From the NCBI RefSeq assembly GCF_009834535.1, contig NC_045697.1, positions 6,078,001-6,142,000 on the forward strand: DNA of 64,000 nucleotides, read 5' to 3'. The DNA is from Camelus ferus (lineage: Eukaryota). Positions 26,501 to 37,900 of this stretch are shown here, one piece after another; the first letter of the stretch is position 1; each line of letters begins with the position of its first letter. The notes under the pieces are model-generated. The model did not search any database. It worked only from the letters and a program-made list of their open reading frames with translations, and was not told the origin of the DNA. The position numbers and the translations under genes were made by a program.

Positions 26501-27599
26501 TTCACAGGCCATAAAAAACAGACTACAGGCCAAATTCGTCCCAAGGGACAGAGTTTATCAAATCCTGTTCTTTTCTAATATAAGCATTAAAAGCCATACT
26601 TTTTTCTCTAACTGCATCCAACAAATTTTGATATGTTGTATTTTCATTATCATTCAGTCAAAAATATTTTAAATGTCCCTTGTAACTTCTTCTTTGACTC
26701 ATACAATATTTAGAAGTGTGTTTTTATTATTTTCCAAATTTAGGGGGGCTTCCTAGACGCTGTTTGCAATTTCTAACTTAATCATGTTGTGGTCAGAGAA
26801 TAGACTTATATGACTTCAGTCTGTTCAAACTGATTGACGCTTGTTTTCTGCCCAACATTTGGTCTATCATGGCGAAAAATCCATGACAGTTGGAAAAAAA
26901 AAAAATAACAGCCTTTCAGCATTAGTGGGAGACCAAAGGTGATGAAGATGAGTGGTCAATTAGAAAACATTACATGAGTATCAGGCATTATTCTCTGCAG
27001 TTAACCTTCTTCCTGTAGGCATCTCCCTTCTACTGAAGACCAAGATTGGGGAGCAAGAGCTTGGGTTATTAGAGAATCCTGATTAGCTCCCACCAGCAGC
27101 GCAGTGGAGGTAAGTGAAGTCTCTTTCTCCCTGACCTCCTGTCTGGCCCCTCACTGTTCGGCTCTCCCCTCCCTGCCTCGTTCACGGCACTGATAATGAC
27201 GCCTGGTGCCCCCCGTTTGTAAGAGACGGACAAGGAAGGGCACTAGCCCTTAACAAGCTCTTACTGGGTTCCAGCAGCATTAGGCAGTTTATATACATAC
27301 GTCTGTATATGTGTGTGTATATATCTTCATGTCAGCCTTTTAACAGCCCTTCGAAGTAGATTTGGTTGCTCCCATTTTACAATTTGGGAAACTGAGGCTC
27401 AGAACCATTCAGTAACTTATCAAAAGTCAGTAATTAGCAAATGGCAGGGCTGGGATCCAAACCCAGGGGTTTCTAACAAAAGCTGGCAATCTTTCCACAA
27501 ACGCCTAAAACTAATACTCTACAGATGCATGTGTTTAGAAAGAGGGCAGGGTTGGTTTGGTGGCCCCCCTACAGCCGGAGTCAGGCCACGTATCACCGC

Positions 27600-28253
27600 T
27601 ACCGTGTCCCACCCAGAGCCCTCTCCTCCAGACGGCTGGCTCCCTCTTTCCACTCCTGCCCTCCCCTCACCCACGCCTCTCCACATGGAAGGAGGAAGGA
27701 TTCTTACTGAAACATAACCAGCTCATGTCGCATCCCTCTCAACCCTCCCCGGCTTCCGTCACACTCAGCTCACATCCTCAGTCCTCACTGTGGCCTACAA
27801 GTCCTCCGTGAGCTGACCGGCCCCTCCTCCACCTCGTCTGCACCCACTCACCCCGACTCACCAAGCTCCAGCCACACTGGCCTCCTCACTCCTCCTTGGA
27901 CCTGCCAAGCACGCTCCCACCTCAGGGACATTGGATTCTTCCCACAACTCCCCCAACATGCGCTTGTTTCTCACCCTTGGGTCATGCCGGTCTCCGCCCC
28001 TGTCTCCGCCCCGCGCGGTCTCCCGGAGCCCCGTCTGCAGTCGCCCTTGCTGTCTGCCCGCCTGCGTCATTTTCCTCCCAGGGCTGCCACTGTCTACCCT
28101 GTGGGTCCCACGATGTACCCGTCCACCCTTCAGCATGTGAGCGCCGGGCACAGGGACCGGCAGTCCTGCTCGCCACCGCGTCCCCAGCGTGGAGAGGAGC
28201 GCCAGGCCCAGCGGGCGCTCGGTCAACGCCTGGGGAGTAAATGAATGAATGAG
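27600..28253 (+). mobile_element. L2 3' region, GC-shifted
   Basis: ctccagccacactggcctcc...cccacctcaggg...; ends aatgaatgaatgag. Confidence 0.75.
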
Positions 28254-29235
28254 TCAGAGGCCCAGACAGGAAACATCACCAGACAGAAACTCCCTGGATA
28301 CCACAGGCAACTTGGAATATGAATTTTCTGGTGAAGGTGACAAAGTAGAAGGCGTGCCATGCCCAAGACCATCCAGGTCTGTGGAGTTGGTTTGGGTCCC
28401 TCCCGGTCATCGCGTCTCCATTAGAGTGTCCCCCAGGACGTCGCTGTGAGCAAGGACACAGGGGAAATATTTGGGGGGATTTTCTGAAAAGTCAATCAGA
28501 TCTAAGAGAAGGCTTCCCGTAAAAAAATAAGTGAGGAATGAAGCTCAGAGGTAAAGTGGATCTGACTGGAGAGGGCCTGGATGGAGAATTTCAATATGAA
28601 GCTTTTGATACTCACTGCAGCGGATTTGTAATGCAGAGGATTTGAAATAACCTAAATGTCTATCAATAGGGAACTGGTTAAATAGGTTCTCATCCAGTCA
28701 TACAATGGAAGATTGTCTAAGCAACTGATTTTGGAAAAGCAGAACTCAAGGTACTTCCATGGAACCGTCTCTAAGACCCTGTGCTGACTGCTCTGCATTT
28801 GCCGTGGCACCCTGACCGTCTCCTCTCTCCCTGCCCTGCTCTGTGCCCTGAGGGCTGGTCCTCCCTACCAGTGAGACTCCTGGCTTTTCTGGCTTCCACT
28901 TGGGTTTAACCTGTGAGAGACCTGCAGCAGACTGGAGGGCAGGAGGAGAGAGAAGCCAGGATATTTCTTCCCAGCTCCCTCTCTGTGTGGACACTAGGGT
29001 TCTGACATAGCTCAGCGCCCCCACAACCTCAGCGCCTGCTCGTCAGCCCATCGCCCACCGATTCCCCGCTCCTGGGCTTCTGGTACCCTGTTTCCTCTCC
29101 TTGCCCTCCCAACATTAAAATCTCTCCAGTTGCACTGTATGGGTGGAACTCTGCTGCCTGCTGGGATCCTGACTCTTACACAGACATATCATGAACATGA
29201 CAGAGGGGATCGCCAAACAGACGGCCCCCACTGAC

Positions 29236-29396
29236 CTCCCAAGAACTCTTCCAATCAACTTCACCATTAGCGTCCCCATGAGTCCACTGATAGCGAATAT
29301 GGACACAGTCACAGACCAGAGCAGAGTCAGACTGTCCTGGTCTATCGGATGTCCGTGCCTTCTTTCCCACGACTCACTGTAAAAGGCCTTGATGTA
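29236..29396 (-). CDS. SLC2A9: SLC2A9 common exon (161 nt, loop 1 and TM2), [53 protein letters not shown](R)
   Basis: Acceptor gcttgttttcag, donor AG|GTCAGT, phase 0/2. Matches GLUT9 residues 84-137. Confidence 0.97.
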
Positions 29397-29789
29397 CTGA
29401 AAACAAGCAACAGACCGTGTTATGAGGTGTTAGGAATACCTAACCAGGAGTTAGGTATAGTATTAGGAATGCCTTCTGTCTGGTCCTGTGGCTCGAAGCC
29501 AGCCAGTATATAAACAAAACAGCCTTCTTCCTGCAAGGCACTCTGCTAAGTTCTGTTTGAGCTTTAGTTCATTGAATCCTTCTAACAAATTTTGTGGCTG
29601 GACCCTATCCCTTTGCAGAAAAGGAAACCAAGGCTCGGAGAGACAGTGACTTGCTCAGTTAAGTGGCAAACCTCAGTCAAACTCAGATCTGACTCTGAGC
29701 CCGGGGAAATTGTTATTCCTGGACTTGTCCAACTTTGGTGCATAGCAGAATCACACTGGAAATGTGTTTAAAATATGCATCCCTAACAT

Positions 29790-31285
29790 AAGAGAGAATA
29801 CTTGCCACCCTGGGGTAAATAAAGGTTCAAGACACACAAAAACACTAGTCCTAAAGGAAAAGAAAATGCTCATTTAGATTTCATCAAAATTAAAGTGTTC
29901 TGATCTTTAGAAGACATCAAGAAAAATGAAGACAAGCCACAGACTGAGCTAACATGTTTGCAATACAAAGGACTTGTATCCTCAGTGTGTAAAGAATTCT
30001 AACAAGTCAATAAGAAGACAACCCAATTAGAAATGAGTGAAAGACTTGAACAGACTTCAAAAAAATTTCAAATGACCAGGAAGCTAATGACATGATGCTC
30101 ACTATCATTAGTCAACAGGGACACACAAGTTAAAACCACAATGAGATGTCTACTCCACACTCACTAGACCCCCACTGCTGTCAATTCTGAGTCAGTGGGT
30201 TTGGGGTGGGACTCAGTGATTCTGATGTTCCCCAAAGCCTGAGGTCCTGGTGCACTACATTCCCCAAGAGAGTCCCATCCCCAAGATGCTCACAGTTACC
30301 CACAGCAACCCAATAAGGGCCCACAAACTTCTCCAACAACAGCCAGAGTATGACATGACAGAAGAGGCACAGGTTCAGGTCACACAGACCTGGGCTTGAA
30401 TCCCAGCACCATGATTTGCTAGTTATTTAAACAAGCTGGACTTTGACTTGCTCATCTGCAAAAGGGGAATGATGATACTGATGTCTGCGGCCTGTCGTGA
30501 AGGTCGTACGAGAACTCAGAGCAGTTCCCAGTACTTGTGGGGAACTCACACAATCCCCAGGTGGGTTAAGGACCGAAAAGTCTGGTAAAAGTACGCAGTG
30601 ACCAGCAGTGTGTGCTCTTGCACATTTATGGTGTGAGTTTAATTTGTACAATCATCTTGGAAAACAGTTTGCATTATCTTGTAAAGTTGAGGATGAGCCT
30701 AACCCACAACCCAGCAAATCCATTTCTAGAAACTTCCTCTTAAAAACTCCTCTTTCCCATTTGCCCTAGGATACATCTATCCAAACATCCATGGTAGCAT
30801 TGCTTTTAACGGTTCCAAACAGGAAACAATCCAGATGCCAATTGACAGCAGAATGGATGAACACACTTTGGAACAGTTATAAAATGAAATGTGACAGCCA
30901 CAAACATGAATGAACTATAGCTACATGCAAGCACACAAAATAAAATCTTACCAAAAATAAGATTGAAGGAAATAAGCCAGGAACAAAAGAATGCATATGG
31001 TATGATTCCATATATAAAATGCAAAAATAAGCAAAATTAAAAGGCTTTGGGGGAATTATATATAGATTATAAAACTACAAAGAGAAGCCAAGAAACAATT
31101 ATTTCAAATGTCAGGTCAGGGGTCACCTCTAGGGGCTGGTGGAAGAAATGATTGGAGAGGGGCATTTGTAGGATTTTCTATTCTCTTTCATTCTTATTCT
31201 TAATCTTAGGTGGGTGCTAGACTTTAAACTATCTTTGTATGCTTTTTATATACTTTTGTAAGCATACTATGTTTCACCATTTAAA
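29790..31285 (+). mobile_element. Old L1 fragments interleaved with MER5-like and MIR pieces
   Basis: ttcatcaaaattaaa...aaaccacaatgagat...acccagcaaatccatttctag...tatgattccatatatataaa. Boundaries approximate. Confidence 0.65.
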
Positions 31286-32675
31286 AACTTCTCAAAAATG
31301 GTGGGAAAGTGTTCCAGGCAGAGGGAACAGCATGTGCCAAGACAGCTGAGGATGGCTTGGCATGTCCATGGTGACGGAAGGCGGCCTGTGGGGATGAAAT
31401 GGGACTGTAAAGAAAGGAGTGGGCTGCATGGAATGGGAAGGGCTGAAAAGGGCAGGCGATGTGGGACCATAAAGGTCATAATAAGGTTGATTGTTCTTGG
31501 ATTTTTGGGGGGGATAGAGTGAGAAACTGTTGGCGGGTTCTAAGCAAGGGGAGGACATGGTGTGGCTTGCATTTTCAGGAGAAGCCTCTGGCTTCAGAGT
31601 GGCAAGTGGATTAGAGGCAGGCGAGGGAGGAAGGTGGCACCCTGTTGGGAGGCTCTGCATGTCATGGTGGCCTGGACCAGGTGGCAGAGATGAAAGAAGG
31701 GGGTAAATCTGAGATATGTTTTGAATGTAGAATGGACAGGACTAACTGGGTCATTGGCTCCAAGTCTGGGGAGGGATGGTGTTGGCGATGGCAAAAGAGG
31801 AACACAGCAGACTGCCGGGTTTCTGGCGTAAGCAAACAGGCTGATGGCAGGAGGTAAGGCAGGGAGAGGTAGTACCCTCTCCCTGTGAGGTATCTCTTCT
31901 CCTCCCATTTTCTCTCTCCTTCTGGATCCATAACTACCTTGCTCATTGTATGGAGTGAGGCCAGACTATATTGTCAACAATTAGAGCTTTTTCTAACACT
32001 GATGAAGTTTCCATGTGTTAATACACAAAATGCTCTGATCTGCCATCATCCACTGATTCACTCAACAAACCCGTGCTGATATGGACACAGAAATAAACCA
32101 AACATGGCCCCAGGATCTCAAAGATCTTCTAGTCCATGGGAGCTGATAAAGCACTGTATCATTTAAGAATGCTCGTGGCTGCAAGAAACAGGATATTCCA
32201 ACTTAAAATAGCTAAGCAACAGGGACATTTACTTAGGACTATTGATCTTGTGGTTCCATAATGTGGTCAGGAATCCAGGTGCTTCCTCCTGCTTCATTCA
32301 GCTAGCCTAAGGCTGCACCCACTCATAATTATAGGATGACTCCTAGTAGCAATTTTGGCTACATGCTTTCCCATTCATGTTTGACTGGAGAGACTAACCC
32401 TGGTCTCTCAGAGATCTCTTGATACTAAGAAGAACTTTCTTAAAAGCCTCTAGCAAACCTCTCTTTATGTCCTGATTGGGGCACAGGCCCCTTACTAAGC
32501 TGATAGTTGGAAAGTGGGATGGGAACCATCACCTGGATCCATTCCTCTATCTTCTTCTTCCCACCTTATTAAATAGCACCACCGTTCACCAGTTGCTCAA
32601 CCAAAAGTCTTGACTTTATCCTTAACTCTTGCCCTTGATCCACACCCTTCAACTAAGCCATTCGGACTCATCCCT

Positions 32676-33781
32676 GTCTGTTATGGGTTGAATTTTGTCC
32701 TCCCCTCCCCCAACAATTTAGATGTTAAAGTGCTAACCTCAGCACCTCAGAATGTGACCTTATTTAGAAATAGGGTCACTGCAGATGTCATTAAGATAAG
32801 GTAATATTGGAGTAGGGTGGGCCCTACTGGCCCCTTCTCCCAGTCTACCCTACTCTAATATGACTAGTTTTCTTACTAAAAGGGAAAATTTGTCATTTTA
32901 AGCAAAGTAAGCCAGAAAGAGAAAGAAAAACACCATATGATATCACTTATTTGCGGAATCTTTGAAAAAAAAAAAGACAAACGAAATTATTTACAAAACA
33001 GAAACAGACTCACAGACATAGAAAACAAACTGACGTTACTAGGGGGAAGGGGGTAGAAAGGGATAAATCGGGAGTTCAAGATTTGCAGATTACTAACTAA
33101 TATATACAAAATAGATAAATAATAAATTTATACTGTATAGCACAGGGGACTATATTCAATATCTCGTAGTAACTTATAGGTGAAAAAGATATGAAAACAA
33201 ATATATGTATGTTCATATATGCCCGAAGTATGATGCTGTACCAGAAATTGACACAACACTGCAAACTGATTATATTTCAATAAAAAAAAAATATATATAT
33301 ATATATATATATGCACACACACACACAAAAAAAAAAACAGGGAAAACTTGGACGCAGAGACAAACCTTGTTATGGGTTGAACTGTGTCCCTGTGAAATTC
33401 ATATGCTGAAGTCCTAGCCTCCAGCACCTCAGAACATTACTTTATTTGGAGATAGGGTCTTACAGAGGTAATCAAGTTAAAATGAGGTAATAGGGTGGGC
33501 TGTAACGCAATACTAATGTACATATTAAAAAGGTACATTTGGAAACAGAGACATGCATAGAGGGAAGGTGATGTGAAGACACAGGAAGAGAGGATGGCCA
33601 TCTACAAGTCAAGGAGAGAGGCCTGGAACAGTCCTGCCCTCACAGGCCTGGGGAGCAACTGACCCTGCCCACACCTTGACCTTGGACTCCTGGCCTCCAG
33701 GACTGTGAGAGAATGAATTCCTGTTGTTCAAGCCACACAGTCTGTGGTACTTTGTTTTGGCATCCCTAGAAAATTAATACA
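32676..33781 (+). mobile_element. Two adjacent MLT1A/B-like LTRs, the first interrupted by an L1
   Basis: tgttatgggttgaa occurs near 32680 and 33368, each followed by cagcacctcagaa...tatttagaaataggg-like sequence. Confidence 0.8.
32893..33338 (+). mobile_element. L1 3' end whose tail has decayed to (AT)n(AC)n
   Basis: aagtaagccagaaagagaaagaaaa...; TSD agggaaaatttg / agggaaaacttg. Confidence 0.9.
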
Positions 33782-33901
33782 CTGTCTGATCTCCAAAATA
33801 CTTCACACTTCTTTCACCACTGAAGCCAGCCCAAGCCACGTCCCTCTCACTGGGGCACCAGGCAGCTAGGTGGAGGAGAGGGAGGAGGGTCCAGAAGATG
33901 G

Positions 33902-34391
33902 TGTTATGCCCGCCTCCAGCACAAAGGGACTTTACTTCTTCTAAATGAGTGCCAGCAAGAAACCGGCACACCCTGGTTAAAACCCGACGGCCACAACTGC
34001 AGTAGCAGAAAGGACTTAACCAGACACGACCCAGTGTTCCCTGTATTATAATTAACATTGCGACTTAGGCTCCCCCTTTGGGCTTTTCTATGCATTACCA
34101 CGGTTAAGTACAATGCAAAGGGATTAAACATGACTAAGCACTCCAGGCACAAGAGCCGTCAATCAATCAAAAGACCACCTCCAAGCGAGGGTATAAGAGA
34201 AAGGGGGACGAAGAACACCGGGACTCCTCCTTGAATCAGCCCGCCTCCAATCTTAGTGGCATACACTTTTCCTAAATCTTTTAAAATATTTTTGCTACAT
34301 AACGCTTTCTGTCTCCTGTCTGTAAATCTTATCTTTTGGTTGAGACAAGGATCGCCCCGCCCCACCCAACCCCTTTCCCGTTTGGGTAACA
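33902..34391 (+). mobile_element. ERV LTR-like element (left boundary uncertain)
   Basis: TGTTA...GGTAACA termini, TATA-like ggtataag near 34190, CpG retention. No TSD found. Confidence 0.55.
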
Positions 34392-34649
34392 AGCCCACCC
34401 TCTGGGACCCTCACCAAGGTGCCTGGCGCTGCTTCTCTGAGCGGGTACCTTGCTGTCGGTGGCTGGACATGAACTTTGACCCGCAGTTTTCAAGCTCTCC
34501 GGGAACCATCTGGCATCCTTTAGGCTACCCAGCGTCAGAAGCCCCCTCCTCGTTTGGGAGAACTTCGTGCCTTTTAGGAGCCCTGAGGGAAACAGAGTGC
34601 CCGCATCACCCCAGGCTGAAAATGCAGACGCGCCTCCCAGCATGCCCTG

Positions 34650-34970
34650 CAGTTCGGGAGGGGCCACGTGACCGAGCCAGCTCAGCCAATCAGAGGCCTG
34701 GCTTTGCGCGCGGAGCGGCTAAGAGGCGGGGCTGAGGGTTCCCCCGCCGCAGAGGGCGCTCAGGCAGGACTGGGTCCGCCGGCGGCAGCACCTGCGGTGG
34801 GAGCTGCGGTGTCATTTGCCAGCCGTGGGGGAGACGGGAGACGGCAGGGGGGGGGGCTGCAGCCGACCCCGCAGGACCAGCTTCGGGCGAGATCTGGGGT
34901 GTTATCCCGGCAGCGGCAGCGGAGCTTCCCCGCCCGGCTCGCCAGCGCTCCCACCAATCCTGGGAGCCGC
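34650..34970. promoter_or_regulatory. Intronic CpG-rich patch with CCAAT box, GC box and CTCF-like motif
   Basis: agccaatcag near 34684, gaggcggggct near 34722, gccgcagagggcgc near 34746; dense CpG. Confidence 0.45.
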
Positions 34971-37900
34971 TTCCTATTTTTTCAATGATTTCTTTTTTAG
35001 CTTCAATCAGGCAAAATTGTTGATGTTGCGTACGACTAGAACTCTATCAGAACACGTAAATAATCCCATTTCATCCTCATGATGATCCTAGTGGCAGACA
35101 CCCTCATTTACAAATGAGGGAACCCAAAAAGTGGTGCAGGAGGGTTTGCGTGAGATCTGCTGGCCTCAGAGCCCGAACACAACAACCCCCAGTGACTCCT
35201 CGATCATGACTAAGGTGGAAAGTTAAGCAGCTAAGTCCAATAGGACATTTATTGATTTAAAGGTCAGTATCGGTTAGGCCCTTGTTATGGGCTAGACGCC
35301 CTATCAGGTCCTGGAGAGCATAAGGACAGCCCTCAAGCAGCAGAGTATAGCGGGAGAAACAGTGTGACAATCGCTAAGCCAGAGGGACCAAAGGGCCACA
35401 GGAAGGCAGGGGGTCCAGGATGCCACGAGGTCTAAAACGAGTACATACAGGGTCCAGACTCTCCAGAGAAGCTGGCATAATGAGTGAGCATCCAGCACTT
35501 CACAGGCATCCCTCCTGCCACCCAATAATCAGGAGACCCCCAAGCACTGAAGGTTATTCTTGGGTGTGACTTGGTCCCTACTGCAATCCTGCACTGATTC
35601 GAGGAACTGCTGCTATGTTGCAAGGAGTCCAGCTGATACCCATGGTAGAGGAATCTCTTACTGCCACACTTGCAGCATTGATCAGTTTCCAGTTAATGTG
35701 CAAAAACTAAAAAGATGCTGTTTGGGAGGAAATTTTCTCTTTTCCCTTCCAATCATTCAGGAGCCTGGTGGGAAAAGAGGCGGCTTTCACGTCACGCACT
35801 GCTAGACACTGCTTTGGAAGTCTCTGCAGAGACTTATTTCAGTTTTGGGAAACTGGGGAATGAAAGCCCCTGCAGAGGGCTGGCTAAGCCTGGGAGAGTT
35901 GCCCCCTGCAGAAACACATTTCAAATAGTCCCCAAAAGCTAGTTTCAGAGTGATGCCTTTGATGATTAAATATTTGTCTTCTCCAGGTGTGAATTCAGCA
36001 AAGGCTTACATGAAAGGCAGCCTGAAAGCTTATGTGATAGTAAAAGCCAGGTGATGAGGGTTGTTCAGCTGATTCATTGCACAGACATTCACTGGGTTTG
36101 AGATTTGTGGACCTAGTATATGTCAACACTGACTTGTAGCACATGGTACAGAACAGGTGCTTAAATAAATGTCTGTGTCTTAAACTGAGTCTCTGCCATG
36201 GGTTGGTCACCATGTAAATAAAAATAGGTAACCCATAGGTCAAATTTACAATGTGCCATGGGGACACATGTGAACTCATCCCCTCTGCAAACCCTGTGAG
36301 GCAGGTACTGTGTTTTGACTTCTCTCTGGGGCAGATGAGGAATCTGAGGCCCAGAGCCATAGGGCTTTCCTAAGGTGACACCTTTGGCAAGTGGCAGGGT
36401 CAGGACTCCAGAGCCTATCTCTGAACCACTACCCTATTCCAATCCTTAGTACAGAAAACACAAAGATGGTCCCATCCATAACTCTACTGCATGTGGAAAG
36501 ACTGAGGTGGGGGAGAAAAGGAGACATGGAATGAATTTTGGCTGACTGCTAAGTGTGTATCAGACATCTGTACACCTGTCCCCAGCTGACCCTTCCAGCC
36601 ATCCTATTAGGTTTCATGAGAGCCGAAAACTCTGGAGCTAGAAATGTACCTGAAAGCTACAGACTGCAGTGGAACTGCAGAGCCTGCTCATGCTCACGGC
36701 GTCTGTGCCCGCCTCCCCTTCCTGGCCCCACTGCCAGGTCACACTTCTCAGCCCCTTGCATCTGGGTAGGGCCTGTATGTTCTCACCAAAGGAGTCTGAT
36801 TTGGTGTATGTCTCCTTCATTGAGGATTCAGAGTTCATGTGCCTTCTCCCTACTCACTCCTTTTTCTTGTAGGCTGGTCATGCACAGAGGACCCAGCAGA
36901 GCCCTCTGAAGCCCTAAGGAAAGGTGGAGCCACTCAACAGAAGGAGCCTGGGCTCCTGAATGACTGCATGGAGCAGAGCACCCCTGCTCACCTGCTTTGG
37001 ACAGCGACAGGAGTGAGAATGAACTCTCACTGTGTTAAGCCACCGAGATTTAGGACTTGCATGTCATCACAGCTAATTTATCTGAACACTGTCAACCTGA
37101 CCCCCACGCCCACGCCATGACAATTACTATGACATGGGACTTTAAGAAAGAGGGAAGATTAAGGCAAGATCATGAAGAATGGGTAGGTTGGGAGAGGTGG
37201 GCCTTCAACTATAGGTTTCCTTTTACAGTTTGGGAAACTCATAAGACTCCATTAGAAAAAAGTATTCTGCAGTAAAACATAGTTTAAGCTCACTGTGCTA
37301 GCTAACCTCTAGGCCCACTTGGGGCCATCTCATTCGTGGATTCCACACTGCTTTTCCATGGAGCCTGCTTCCAAGAAACCCTTTCTTGTATCTTTCTCTC
37401 TAAGGAGTCTGCTTTTAATCCTTGGGGAGCAACTGGAGATTTGAGCATGCAGTCGAGACTCTACTTTGGGTTTCAGAACACAGGAGGTGCAGTGTGGAGT
37501 TATTTCAGAAAGTTTCATTGAGAGGTGGCTGGACCAGTGAGGAGGCTCTGCACTGGTAAAAGATGATGAGTCTAACAGAAATGTTTTATGAATTCATCGA
37601 GGAGTATTTATATTATGGTTAGTACTTACTAGAGCCCAAACAGCAAAGAAATGAGTAAGAGGCCATATGGTGAAAGGAAAGGAGACACCACAAAGAGCTG
37701 AGGGTCGTGGGTTCAAGACTTGCTTGCACCACTGAGTCCTTCTGTGACCTCTAGCAAGTGGCTATGCCTCTGAGGTCAGGGTTCTCAGCAGTTAAGGGCC
37801 CTGGAATTCATTGCATTCAACTCTCAGCTCTGCCACGTATCTGCTGGGTGATCCTGAGTAAATCACTCAACCTCTCTGTGCCTCAAGTGCCTCATTCATT

